This document shows, piece by piece, positions 21,109-34,455 of a stretch of 64,000 nt of DNA (its first letter is position 1; every line of letters starts with the position of its first letter). The stretch comes from Vulcanimicrobiota bacterium. Lineage in GTDB: Bacteria; Vulcanimicrobiota; Vulcanimicrobiia; Vulcanimicrobiales; Vulcanimicrobiaceae. Location of the stretch: positions 288,001 to 352,000 of the forward strand of contig CAWCIZ010000003.1 of assembly GCA_963795855.1 (NCBI GenBank), in the 5' to 3' direction. The position numbers and the translations under genes are program-made. A model generated the notes under the pieces. That model searched no databases. It was not told where the DNA came from and was given only the letters and a program-made list of their open reading frames with translations.

Positions 21109-22273
21109 TTACGCTGGGGCGGGAGAGATCGACCGCAAGTCCGTGACCGCTTGTTCGAGTATGTCCGCGGCACGGTCCATCTCTGCCTGCGATGTGTCGC
21201 GTCCGAGCGAAAAGCGGATGACCCCGCGCATCCACCGCTCCTCCAAACCCAGGGCGGCGATGACGTGGCTAGGCTCGATAGCCCCGGAGGCGCACGCGCT
21301 GCCGGCGGAAACTGCGATGCCGTCCAGGTCGAGGCGCATCAGCAGCTGCTCCGAGGCGACGCCGAGAAAGCTCAGGTTCGAAACGTGCGGAGCGCGCAGC
21401 GCGTGCAGCCCGTTCACGCGGACGCCGGGGATGCGTTCGAGGAGACGTTGCTCGAAGCGGTCGCGCAACGTGCCGACCCGAGCGGCGGCCCCAGTGCGTT
21501 CGTCCGTCGCCAGTTGCAAAGCCGCGGCCAAGCCGACGATACCGGCAACGTTCTCCGTGCCGGCGCGCTTGCCGAATTCCTGGCTTCCACCGTGCAATAT
21601 TGGCACGATGGGCGTCCCATCGCGGACGTAGAGCACGCCGCTGCCCTTCGGGCCGTAGAACTTGTGCGCTGCAAGTGAGAGTAGATCGACGCCGAGCGAA
21701 GCTGACGTCAACCGGCAAATACGCCGCCGCTTGCACGGCATCCGTGTGAAAGAGGGCGCCGCGCCCGCGCGCGATGGCCGCGAGTTGCGCGATCGGCTGC
21801 ACCGAGCCGATTTCATTGTTCACGTACATGACGGAGGCCAGCACGGTGTCGGGCCGCAGCGCCGACGCAAAAGAGTCCGGCGAAATTCGGCCTTCGCTAT
21901 CGACGGCAAGCAGTGTGACCTCCCAGCCGTCGTCCCGCAGCGCTTCCAAACTGTGCAGGACGGCGTGATGCTCCACGGCGGTCGAAACGATGTGCCGGCC
22001 GCGATGACGAACCGCGCGCGCCGTGCCGGCGATCGCCAGATTGTCCGCTTCCGATCCGCCGCCGGTGAAAACGACCTCCTTGCTTTTTGCGCCCAAAACT
22101 CGCGCCACGCGTTCCCGCGCGTCGTCCAACCCCGCTCTAGCGGCGCGGCCTTCCGCGTGCACCGAACTGGCGTTGTAACCGGTCTGCGCGAAATACGGCA
22201 GCATCGCGTCGATCGCTTCCGGCCGCACCGGCGTAGTGGCCGCATAGTCGAGATAAATTCGTTCGGAAGTCAC
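21109..22273 (-). CDS. iscS: Cysteine desulfurase, IscS/NifS family (frameshift near 21700)
   Basis: IYLDYAATTP, FHTDAVQ, AAHKFYGPKG, SAGSACASG. Confidence 0.93.
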
Positions 22274-22308
22274 AGGCGATTCTCAGAGAGCATTTCTATA
22301 CTGGCGTT

Positions 22309-22389
22309 GTGCGAAGCTCCATTGCACACTCCGAGAAGTAGCAACGGGAAAGGCGGTCCGGCACCACAAAAGCCGGGCCGCCTCTTTTT
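22309..22389 (+). ncRNA. Candidate small RNA, about 80 nt
   Basis: TATACT at 22297-22302, 5' hairpin GTGC..GCAC and a 3' intrinsic terminator, with no plus-strand gene nearby. Confidence 0.4.
22351..22389 (+). terminator. Rho-independent terminator
   Basis: AGGCGGTCCGGC-accacaaaa-GCCGGGCCGCCT then CTTTTT. Confidence 0.7.
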
Positions 22390-22394
22390 GTGCC

Positions 22395-22547
22395 GCGCGG
22401 CGAGATGCTCGGTTCTGAAGTCGCTCGCAAAATCACCTCCTGCGATTTTGCTGCTTCTCCGCTTTTTCGAAAGAACGAAGTTTGGAAATCGACGTCCTGT
22501 CGAGTTCGAAAAAGTCGCAGACTTCCGAACCGAGCATCTCACCGCGC
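22395..22547. repeat. 153-bp inverted-repeat element with internal hairpins
   Basis: 28-bp arms (22395-22422 and 22520-22547) match at 26/28; internal GCAAAATC/GATTTTGC and TTTTTCGAA/TTCGAAAAA stems. Confidence 0.8.
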
Positions 22548-22563
22548 TGACGTACCGGGAAGT

Positions 22564-23835
22564 TCATTTTCGCTCGTCGCCGCGATCGCCCGGCGAATAG
22601 TACTTGCGATCGCGAAGGTTGTCCGGCAAGTTTTGCTGTTTGACGCTATAGTCGTCATGCGCGTAATGGTACTCGCGGCCGTAGCCGAGTTGCTTCATCA
22701 GGCCGGTGGGCGCGTTGCGAAGATGCAGCGGAACAGAGTCGTTGCGCGTGCCCTCGACGTCCGCCATCGCTGCGGAATACGCACGTCCGACGCTGTTGCT
22801 TTTCGGCGCCCGTGCTAAATACAGCGTGGCGTGCGCAAGCGGATAAAAGCCTTCCGGCATTCCGACGAAATGCACGGCCTGCTGCGCGGCAATAGCGACG
22901 GATATCCCGCGTGAATCCGCAAGTCCGACGTCTTCCGACGACAAAATGACGAGCCGGCGTGCGATGAAGAGCGGATCCTCTCCGGCGTCGATCATACGCG
23001 CAAGCCAATAGACTGCGGCGTCGGGGTCGCTCGCGCGAATGCTTTTGATGAACGCGCTGATGACGTCGTAATGCTGGTCGCCGCCTTTGTCGTACGATAT
23101 CGCCCGGCGCTGCATCGCATCTGCAACGACGGCAGGAGAAATGATGCTGCTGCCGTCAGCGTCATGCGGCGCTGCCGCCGCGGCAAACTCCAGCGTTCCC
23201 AGCGCGCTGCGCGCGTCGCCGTTCGACAGCGTCACCAGCGCGGCGCGCGCCTCCGGCTCGAGACGAATCGGGAGCTTACCCAAACCGCGATCTTCATCCG
23301 CGAGCGCGCGGTCGATCAGCACGCCGATGTCTTCATCGCTGAGCGCTTTCAAAACGAATACCCGCGACCGTGAAAGCAGCGCGGAGTTTACTTCGAAGGA
23401 CGGGTTCTCGGTCGTTGCGCCGATAAGCGTGACTACGCCGCTCTCGACGTAAGGAAGCACGGCATCTTGCTGCGCTTTGTTGAAGCGGTGAATCTCGTCG
23501 ATGAACAGCACCGTGCGTTTTCCGAGCGCGCGCCGATGCTGCGCCTCGGCCACGACCTTACGCAAATCCGCCACGCCGGCACTCACTGCGGAAAGCGATG
23601 CGAAATGCGCTCCAGTCATCCGCGCAATGATTTCCGCGAGCGTGGTCTTTCCGGTTCCCGGCGGTCCCCAGAGGATGAGCGACGGAATCGTGTCGGTTTC
23701 AATTGCGCGGCGCAGCGCGTGCCCGGGCCCCACGATGTGTTCCTGTCCGACGAACTCGTCCAGCGAGCGCGGCCGCATGCGGGCGGCGAGCGGTTCCGTT
23801 ACTGCGGACGATGACGAGAACAGCGAGGGTTCCAC
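22564..23835 (-). CDS. rarA: Replication-associated recombination protein A
   Basis: [39 protein letters not shown]. Confidence 0.96.
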   Translation of the reverse strand: MEPSLFSSSSAVTEPLAARMRPRSLDEFVGQEHIVGPGHALRRAIETDTIPSLILWGPPGTGKTTLAEIIARMTGAHFASLSAVSAGVADLRKVVAEAQHRRALGKRTVLFIDEIHRFNKAQQDAVLPYVESGVVTLIGATTENPSFEVNSALLSRSRVFVLKALSDEDIGVLIDRALADEDRGLGKLPIRLEPEARAALVTLSNGDARSALGTLEFAAAAAPHDADGSSIISPAVVADAMQRRAISYDKGGDQHYDVISAFIKSIRASDPDAAVYWLARMIDAGEDPLFIARRLVILSSEDVGLADSRGISVAIAAQQAVHFVGMPEGFYPLAHATLYLARAPKSNSVGRAYSAAMADVEGTRNDSVPLHLRNAPTGLMKQLGYGREYHYAHDDYSVKQQNLPDNLRDRKYYSPGDRGDERK

Positions 23836-23839
23836 GCGA

Positions 23840-24478
23840 TTACGGTATCTTCGGTGCCTTGACGGTTATCGGTTTCGGAGTCGCAATCGAGGGCGTGATG
23901 CCGGGGAACGTTACCGTAACGTTGCTGTGCGCTTCACCCATGCCGGTTTGCGTGTTGTACGTTGCAGCGTCCGCGTCCAGCGTGCGATCCGCCTGGACGA
24001 CGTGCACTTTCCCCGATAAGTCGAGTTGGTGCGTCGCGTCGTTCAGATGCGCGCTCTGCGCTTGCACGTCCGTGTCGCCCTGCACGAAGTGCACGTTGCC
24101 CGTCGCATCGTACAGGTGCGCGTCATCGTTGAGATGCAGCATGTCCGCAGTGAGCGTCGCCGGTCCGCGCGACTGCGCTTGCGTCCCTTGCGCGCTTTTC
24201 AAGCCGAACGTGCCGCTTGCGTCGTGAACCGTGACGTTGCCAAAAAGCGAGGCATGGTGCTGTTTGTAATTTCCGGTCGCGCGATTCGCCTCAATCGTCG
24301 ATCCGTCGGCGCGCGTCATCGATACGTGATCCGGTGCGGAGAACGCACCGGTCGCGAGGTTCGCGCTGAGCCGGTCGGTCACGAGATTCCACTCGCCGAT
24401 TTTCGCCGCAGGTTTCGTTTGCGGCGCCGCTGCGAGCAGCGCGGCGAGAACCGCCGCCGCGGCGATTGGGCGGATCAT
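23840..24478 (-). CDS. LptA/OstA-like beta-jellyroll exported protein
   Basis: Signal peptide; repeated ATGNVHFVQ / LSGKVHVVQ / ADAATYN strands. Confidence 0.7.
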   Translation of the reverse strand: MIRPIAAAAVLAALLAAAPQTKPAAKIGEWNLVTDRLSANLATGAFSAPDHVSMTRADGSTIEANRATGNYKQHHASLFGNVTVHDASGTFGLKSAQGTQAQSRGPATLTADMLHLNDDAHLYDATGNVHFVQGDTDVQAQSAHLNDATHQLDLSGKVHVVQADRTLDADAATYNTQTGMGEAHSNVTVTFPGITPSIATPKPITVKAPKIP

Positions 24479-24969
24479 TGCTGCAATTGCACGTGCCCGT
24501 ACAATTGCAAACCGTGCGTCGCTCCGTTCATCACCGCGCGATCGGCGTGGACGTCGCTTCCACCCTGCATGAAATGCACGCCGCCCGTTGCCACGTAAGT
24601 CTTCGTCATACCGTCGATCGTGAGGTTCTCACACGTCAGCGTCGCCGGAGCGTGCGACCCCGACTGTCCGGCGAAATTGGTGAGGACGCCGTTCGTATCG
24701 TGCAGCACCACGTTCCCCGTGAGCGTTGCTTTCTTCTGTTTGAAGTTTCCGACGGCCCGATCCGCTTGAATGGTGCTTCCGGGACGCGTGAGCGTGATCG
24801 GCAAGGGTGCAGTAAAATCGCCCGTGTCCCAGTTGCCGATGTCGAGCTGCCCTGTGGAAACGTGCCAGTCCGACAATCCGAAGCCGACGGCGCGTCCCTG
24901 CGGCGCCGGTTTCGGCGCGGCGGCCGCAAGCGTAACGGCGAGCAGCAGAGCAACGATGCGTATTTTCAT
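24475..24969 (-). CDS. LptA/OstA-like exported protein, paralog of the adjacent gene
   Basis: MKIRIVALLLA signal; ADRAVGNFKQKKATLTGNVVLHD, ATGGVHFMQG. Confidence 0.7.
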   Translation of the reverse strand: MKIRIVALLLAVTLAAAAPKPAPQGRAVGFGLSDWHVSTGQLDIGNWDTGDFTAPLPITLTRPGSTIQADRAVGNFKQKKATLTGNVVLHDTNGVLTNFAGQSGSHAPATLTCENLTIDGMTKTYVATGGVHFMQGGSDVHADRAVMNGATHGLQLYGHVQLQQ

Positions 24970-25628
24970 GACGGCGTCCTTCGAATCACGGCGTGACGTG
25001 TGACCGGCCCCAGCAGTTCGGTTAGCCGCTCCAGCGAGACAACCCCTTCGCGCAGCATCGCCGGCTGCGGACCGGTCATGTCGATGATGGTCGACTCGCG
25101 CCGAAAGCGGGTCGGGCCATTTTCGACCAGCAGATCGGCGGGCGGCAACGCGTTCCAATCTCCATCGCCGAAATACGCGCGTTCGCCGCTGAGGTTGGCG
25201 CTGGTCGCTGCGAGCGGCCCGCACCGTTCCAGAATAGCACTACAGAGCGGATCGTCGGGAACCCGGAAGCCTAGCGTGGGAAGTCCCGCCGTCACGTCCT
25301 GATCGATGAACGCAGGTTTGGGGATGATTATCGTCACCGGACCGGGCAAAAGACGCCGGCTGGCCGCGCCGACGTCGCGATAGTCGTGCGCATATTCCAG
25401 AAATTCCGCGGCGCTCGCCAAGTGCAGCGTGAGCGGTTTGTTCGCCGGACGTTCCTTCGCGCCGTAAATTCGGGCGATCGACGCAGCGTTATATGGATCG
25501 CAGCCGATTCCGTACACGGTATCGGTTGGAAAGATGACCGTACCGCCGTGCAGCACCACGCCGGCCACTTCCTCAACGACGCGGCCGTGCGACTCCTTGC
25601 GCGCATCGATGACATTCGCAACTTTCAC
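24966..25628 (-). CDS. tsaC: L-threonylcarbamoyladenylate synthase (Sua5/YrdC)
   Basis: FPTDTVYGIG, KERPANKPL, TSANLSG. Confidence 0.92.
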   Translation of the reverse strand: MKVANVIDARKESHGRVVEEVAGVVLHGGTVIFPTDTVYGIGCDPYNAASIARIYGAKERPANKPLTLHLASAAEFLEYAHDYRDVGAASRRLLPGPVTIIIPKPAFIDQDVTAGLPTLGFRVPDDPLCSAILERCGPLAATSANLSGERAYFGDGDWNALPPADLLVENGPTRFRRESTIIDMTGPQPAMLREGVVSLERLTELLGPVTRHAVIRRTPS

Positions 25629-25673
25629 TCTTCGGGTTCATACCCCGCGAATGCGTGCGAGCCTCTCGGCGCG

Positions 25674-26663
<990 letters not shown>

Positions 26664-26669
26664 CTACTT

Positions 26670-26772
26670 GAAGGCGCTCCGCCCTAGGCTGCGCGCCCCC
26701 CACTTTCGGGGGGCCGCCAAAAACTCATGGCGCCTCAATGTTTGAGCTTTGCAAACCTCCCCGAGGGCGCGG
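26670..26772 (-). repeat. Single copy of the GGCGC-hairpin intergenic element
   Basis: Shares AAGGCGCTCCGCCCTAGGCTGCGCGCCCCCC, TCATGGCGCCTCAA and CTCCCCG(A/T)GGGCGC with the 62347-62785 array. Confidence 0.85.
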
Positions 26773-26785
26773 CAAACACTGTGCT

Positions 26786-28150
26786 CTAGCTGGATTTCGC
26801 GCGGGTCCGAGGATACGCGCTCGTTTCGAAAAGCCCGTTGGGCTCGAGGAGCGGAGTAATGCCGCTTGCCCGCTGTACCTGAGCGCCCAGCGCGGACAGC
26901 ATCTCTTCCAGGCGTTCGTAGCCGCGGTCGATGTATTCCAGACCGATGATCTCGGTTTCGCCGGCCGCAGCTAAGCCTGCCACGACGAGCGCGGCACCCG
27001 CGCGAATGTCCGGCGCTTCAACGGGCGCTCCGGAAAGGCGATCGACGCCCTTGACGACGGCGGTGTTGCTTTCCATCGAAACGCGAACGTCCGCGCCCAT
27101 GCGAGCAAGTTCGTTCACGTACGAGAAACGCGCGTTGAAGATCGATTCTTCGACCACACTGTTGCCGGGAGCCGTGCATAGGAACGACACCATTTGCGGC
27201 TGCAGATCGGTGGGGAAGCCCGGATACGGCGCGGTGAGAATATCGGTTCCTCCCGTCAGCGCGTCGGCTTGGACGCGAATCCAGTCGTCACCTGACGTGA
27301 CGCCCGCTCCGCACTCTTGCAGCTTCAGACTCAACGCTTGCAGATGTTCGGGCAGGCAAGCCGTGACGGTGACATCGCCGCGCGTCGCCGCACCGCACAG
27401 CAGCAGGGTTCCGGTGACGATGCGGTCCGGAATGATCGTGTATTCTACGCCGTGCAGATCGCGAACGCCGTCGATGACGATCGTGTCCGAGCCGGCGCCG
27501 CGAATTCGCGCACCCATCGCGCACATAAAGTCGGCAAGGTCGGCCACTTCGGGTTCCATCGCCGCGTTGCGCAGCGTAGTGGTTCCGTCGGCCAGGACCG
27601 AGGCGAGCATCGCGTTCTTCGTTGCGCCTACGCTGGGCGTGCGAAATTCGACGTCCGCGCCTTGCAAGCGTTTTCGTTTCGACGTTGCGATCAGGAAGCC
27701 GCCCTCGTTTTTCACCTCGCATCCGAGCGCGCGAAATGCGTGTTCGTGCATGTCCGTCGCACGCGTGCCTAAGACGCATCCGCCCGGAAGCGGCACTTCC
27801 GCGCGTCCGAAGCGTCCGAGAAGCGGACCAACCAAATCGAAACTCGCCGCGAGTTTGCGCACGAGCGTGTACGGCGCTCGGTGTGATGCGACGTTGCTCG
27901 CATCGATCGTGACGGTACCGTTGCCTTCGTACCGCAGCCGCGCGCCGAGTGCTTCGAGCAGCGACCACATCACCGACACATCGGTGATGTGCGGAACGCG
28001 GTGGAGCGTCACTTTGCCTTTTGCAAGCAGCGCCGCGGCCATGATGGGCAGCGCCGCGTTCTTCGCTCCGTGCGTGCGCACAGAACCTTCGAGGGCCGCG
28101 CCGCCGCGCACGCGCAGCGTTGTTTCAAGGCGATCGAGTGTGTTGTTCAA
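26786..28150 (-). CDS. murA: UDP-N-acetylglucosamine 1-carboxyvinyltransferase
   Basis: GAKNAALP, LPGGCVLG, PYPGFPTDLQ, IDRGYE. Confidence 0.96.
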   Translation of the reverse strand: MNNTLDRLETTLRVRGGAALEGSVRTHGAKNAALPIMAAALLAKGKVTLHRVPHITDVSVMWSLLEALGARLRYEGNGTVTIDASNVASHRAPYTLVRKLAASFDLVGPLLGRFGRAEVPLPGGCVLGTRATDMHEHAFRALGCEVKNEGGFLIATSKRKRLQGADVEFRTPSVGATKNAMLASVLADGTTTLRNAAMEPEVADLADFMCAMGARIRGAGSDTIVIDGVRDLHGVEYTIIPDRIVTGTLLLCGAATRGDVTVTACLPEHLQALSLKLQECGAGVTSGDDWIRVQADALTGGTDILTAPYPGFPTDLQPQMVSFLCTAPGNSVVEESIFNARFSYVNELARMGADVRVSMESNTAVVKGVDRLSGAPVEAPDIRAGAALVVAGLAAAGETEIIGLEYIDRGYERLEEMLSALGAQVQRASGITPLLEPNGLFETSAYPRTRAKSS

Positions 28151-28638
28151 ACGAGTTTACTATCCTCGAGCGGTTCGCACGTGAGTACGCGCGCGTCGTA
28201 AGGGCCTCCGCGCAATTCGAGCTGCATGCCGCCTGCGGGCGTCGTCCGGACGAACACCTCGCTCCATTGGTTTCCCTCGAGCTCCAGCAGATCCGCATGA
28301 TTGCCCTGGAGCATCCCGGCGAAGCGGCGGTGTTTCGCGTCCGCGAGGCGCACTCGTCCGTCGGAGTAAAACCCCGCGACCAAGTCGACGGCGTCGTCCG
28401 CGGCGCGATAGTAGCGCGCTCCCGAATCGGCGGACTCGATGATGAAGACGCTGCGGCGTGGCTGCGCTTGTTCCCGCGGAGTTGTTTGGGGCGCCGGTTC
28501 AGGCCTAGGCGGAGGGGCGGCTCGATCTCCAGGAACCGCGCAGCCGCGGCGATCCATGACGACATAGCCGGCGAACGCCAGAGCCGCAAGCTCCAGCGCG
28601 ATACCTGCTAAACGGGTCCAACCGGGCGCACGTCGCAC
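28147..28638 (-). CDS. Hypothetical membrane-anchored protein
   Basis: N-terminal TM and Pro-rich linker; fills the atpC-murA gap. Confidence 0.55.
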   Translation of the reverse strand: MRRAPGWTRLAGIALELAALAFAGYVVMDRRGCAVPGDRAAPPPRPEPAPQTTPREQAQPRRSVFIIESADSGARYYRAADDAVDLVAGFYSDGRVRLADAKHRRFAGMLQGNHADLLELEGNQWSEVFVRTTPAGGMQLELRGGPYDARVLTCEPLEDSKLV

Positions 28639-28660
28639 CGTTCCGAGGTTCGACGGCGCG

Positions 28661-29075
28661 CTAGTGGTGTCCGGTCAGGCGAAGTTTAGCGTTCGCAAAG
28701 TCGATGGCTGCTTGCTCGCGCGCGAACACGTGCGGCTCGCCCGCCGCCTTCTGCCGTTCCGTCGCGTCCGCAAGTTGGGCGCGCGCTGCCGCCACGTCGA
28801 TTTCTTCGAACCTGAGCGCATCGTCCACCAGCACGGTCACGCGATCGGGAAGCGCCTGCATAAAGCCTTCGCTGGTTGCGAGACTCGAGGCGGCGCGGGA
28901 CGCCGTTTTCGACGATGTTCGCGCGCAGCACGCCCGGCTTGAGCGCACTCAAGAACGGCGCATGGTGCGCGAGAATGCCCTCTTCACCTTCGGTCGTCAC
29001 GGCGATCACCAGCTCGGCGTCGCCGTCGAAGATCACTTTCGTCGGCGTAATGAGTTTAAATGGGACGGTACTCAT
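28661..29075 (-). CDS. atpC: ATP synthase F1 epsilon subunit (frameshift near 28885)
   Basis: EGEEGILAHHAPFLSALKPG in one frame, EGFMQALPDRVTVLVDDA in the next. Confidence 0.9.
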
Positions 29076-29077
29076 GT

Positions 29078-29110
29078 TAAAGGGCGCTCCGGCCCACGCT
29101 GCGCGCCCCC
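29078..29110 (-). repeat. Truncated copy (terminal hairpin only) of the GGCGC intergenic element
   Basis: AAAGGGCGCTCCGGCCCACGCTGCGCGCCCCC between atpD and atpC. Confidence 0.7.
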
Positions 29111-29117
29111 GCGCCTT

Positions 29118-31592
<2,475 letters not shown>

Positions 31593-31593
<1 letters not shown>

Positions 31594-33093
31594 TAGAAGC
31601 TCTTGTTGAACTCCGTCAGCGCAGACTTCCAGGTTCTTCTTGGTATCATCGGTGAGCTGAGCGCTTTGCGCGATCGCCTGCGGAACGTCCGGATGCTTTT
31701 CGTGCAGATACGCGATGAAGCCGCGCGCCCAGTTCTGCAGCCGTGAGGTTTCCACGTCGTTTACGAAGCCCTTCGTCGCGCCGTAGATGATCGCGACCTG
31801 ATCTTCGTTTGCCATCGGCTGATATTGCGGCTGCTTGAGCAGCTCGGTCAGCTTTTCGCCGCGCATCAACTGCATCTGCGTGGCTTTGTCCAAATCGCTG
31901 GCGAGCTTCGCAAATGCGGCGAGATCGCGGTATTGCGCGAGCTCCAGTTTGAGCTGACCCGCGACGCTCTTCATCGCTTTCGTCTGCGCCGAACCGCCGA
32001 CGCGCGAGACGGACAAGCCGACGTCGACGGCCGGGCGAATGCCTTGGAAGAAGAGTGCCGGCGTCAGATAGATCTGACCATCCGTAATCGAGATCACGTT
32101 CGTCGGAATGTACGCGGAAAAGTCTCCTGCCTGCGTTTCGATGATCGGTAACGCCGTCATCGACCCGCCGCCCAGATCGTCGGAAAGTTTCGCCGCGCGC
32201 TCGAGCAGACGCGAGTGCAGAAAGAATACGTCGCCCGGATACGCCTCTCGGCCCGGCGGACGCCGCAGCAGCAGCGACATCTCGCGATACGACTGCGCGT
32301 GTTTGGTGAGGTCGTCGTAGATGATGAGCACGTCTTTGCCCGAGTACATCAGCTCTTCGCCCATTGCGGCGCCGGCGAACGGCGCGATCCAACGCAATGC
32401 GGCGGCATCTGACGGACCGCAGGTCACGATGGTCGTGTAGTCCATCGCGCCCTTTTGTTCGAGGATCTGCGCGAGCGCGGCAACCGTCGAGTTCTTCTGA
32501 CCGATTGCGACGTAAATGCAGAAGACGTTCTTGCCCTTTTGATTGATGATCGTGTCGATCGCAATAGCGGTCTTGCCGGTGCTTCGATCGCCGATGATCA
32601 GCTCGCGCTGCCCCTTACCGATGGGGATGAGCGCGTCGATGGCGCGGATACCGGTGAACAGCGGCTGCTTGACCGGCTGGCGCTGCACGACCGACGGCGC
32701 AACGTTTTCGATGGTGCGGTATTTTCGCGTTTCCACGGCGCCCTTGCCGTCGACCGGCGTACCGAGCGGATCCACGACGCGGCCGAGCAGCGCTTCGCCG
32801 ACGGGTACTGAGGCAATGCGTCCGGTGCGGCGCACTTTGTCGCCTTCCTTGATCTGCGAGTCGTCGCCCATGATGACGACGCCGACGTTGTCCTCTTCCA
32901 GGTTGAGCGCGACGCCCTGCAACCCGTTCGGAAACTCGACGAGTTCCGACGCGCGCACGCTTTGCATACCGTACACGCGAGCCAGGTTCGCGCCGACCTC
33001 GATGACCGTGCCGACTTGGTCCTCTTGGATTTCGGCTTTGAAGTTCGCTATTTGCTGCTTGAGAATTCCGGCGATTTCGTCTGCGTTAATCAC
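31593..33093 (-). CDS. atpA: ATP synthase F1 alpha subunit (an extra base near 31628 fuses it to atpG as read)
   Basis: [18 protein letters not shown]; removing one A restores ...[11 protein letters not shown] with TAATG overlap onto atpG. Confidence 0.96.
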
Positions 33094-33096
33094 TTG

Positions 33097-33416
33097 AAAA
33101 GGCGCTCCGTCCTAGACTCCGCGCCCCCCGTAAACGGGGCCCCCGATCCGCAGGGCGCATACACATAGTTTTCAGTTTGCACCCTCCCCGAGGGCGCCCA
33201 TTTAAACCTAAAACGTTTTAGACTCCGCGCCCCCCGTAAACGGGGCCCCCATCCGCAGGGCGCATACACATATTTTCAGTTTGCACCCTCCCCGAGGGCG
33301 CCCATTTTTACCTAAAACGTTTTAGACTCCGCGCCCCCCGTAAACGGGGCCCCCGATCCGCAGGGCGCATACACATGGTTTTCAGTTTGCACCCTCCCTG
33401 AGGGCGCCCATTTATA
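33097..33416 (-). repeat. Three tandem copies (about 104-106 bp) of a structured intergenic element
   Basis: Units start at 33113, 33219 and 33323 (TAGACTCCGCGCCCCCCGTAAACGGGGCCCCC...GCACCCTCCCCGAGGGCGCCCATTT). Confidence 0.95.
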
Positions 33417-33418
33417 CG

Positions 33419-33961
33419 TTACGTTTTTGCGAACAGCGTTCGCGTTAATTCCTCGAGACGTCCCTCGACCGAACCGTCGATTCGGCGGTCGCCCATCATG
33501 ATGCGTACGCCGCCGATGAGGTTCGGCTGCACGCTCTGCGTGACGCTGAACTTGCGTCCGTACAGCTTTTCGAGCCGCTCCACCAGCGAACGCAGTTCCG
33601 CGGTAGACAGGTCCTTGGCGGAGGCTACCGTCAGCGGTTCCTCGCCGCGCGCCTGCACCTCCAGCGCGTCGTACTGCCGGACGATTTCGCGCAGCAACGT
33701 CTCGCGGCGTTTTCGAACGAGTAGCAGCAGCGTGTGGAGCGCAACGTCGTTCGCTTTGCCTTCGAACGCAGTGGAAAGGACGCGCTCTTTTTCTTTGCGG
33801 TCGATGACCGGCGAAAGAAAAAATCCCTTGGTCGTTTCATCCTCGTATACGGCGTTGCTCAGCGCGTGCAGATCCCGGCCGACCCTTTCGATTTCGTGCC
33901 GCTCTTGCGCGAGTTGGAAGACGGCGACCGCATAACGCCGCGCGACGGTTTCGTTTGCCAT
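33419..33961 (-). CDS. atpH: ATP synthase F1 delta subunit
   Basis: VARRYAVA, LIGGVRIMMGDRRIDGSV. Confidence 0.93.
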   Translation of the reverse strand: MANETVARRYAVAVFQLAQERHEIERVGRDLHALSNAVYEDETTKGFFLSPVIDRKEKERVLSTAFEGKANDVALHTLLLLVRKRRETLLREIVRQYDALEVQARGEEPLTVASAKDLSTAELRSLVERLEKLYGRKFSVTQSVQPNLIGGVRIMMGDRRIDGSVEGRLEELTRTLFAKT

Positions 33962-34455
33962 TAGTTTCGGCCGCCGCCCCGTTCGAGATTGGAGAGAAAC
34001 GAACCGACGAGTTGGGCGTTCAGCCCCGTGTCGACGCGTTGCCGCGCTTGAGCGCGCGCCAGCGTCAGGGCTTGATCGAGCAGTTCTTCGCGCAGCCGCT
34101 CCCGCGCTGCGGCCCGGCTCCGGTCGAGCTCGCCTTCGGCGTTGGCGATGCTGCGCTCGCCGGCGCGGCGCGCCTCCGCCAGAATCGCTTCGCACTCGGT
34201 TTTTGCCTGCGCTTCGACGCGCTGTTTGATCGCGACCGCGTCACGCTGAGCGCGATCGATTTCGCCGCGCAGCGATTCGAGCTGCGCCTTGGCCTGGTCG
34301 CGATGGCGTTCGGCTTCCGCAATCTGCGCGTTCGCGTTTTCCTGCGCTTGCAGTACCATCGGCTGAATGAATTTGAACCACATCCACACCAGCACCAGGA
34401 TGAACAAGACCGCCGAAAGGACTTGGCTCCATAGCGCGACGGCTTCGTAATTCAT
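33961..34455 (-). CDS. atpF: ATP synthase Fo b subunit
   Basis: N-terminal TM plus long helical stalk; operon position. Confidence 0.85.
   Translation of the reverse strand: MNYEAVALWSQVLSAVLFILVLVWMWFKFIQPMVLQAQENANAQIAEAERHRDQAKAQLESLRGEIDRAQRDAVAIKQRVEAQAKTECEAILAEARRAGERSIANAEGELDRSRAAARERLREELLDQALTLARAQARQRVDTGLNAQLVGSFLSNLERGGGRN

Noticed and set aside
22270..22542. 90-aa ORF between rarA and iscS (possible Rrf2/CymR position)
   Set aside because: No HTH or Rrf2 features; it runs through inverted repeats and a terminator.
22395..22547. 6S RNA candidate based on Firmicute synteny near rarA
   Set aside because: Multi-branched, with no central bubble or 6S motifs; a better candidate lies at 43937-44122.
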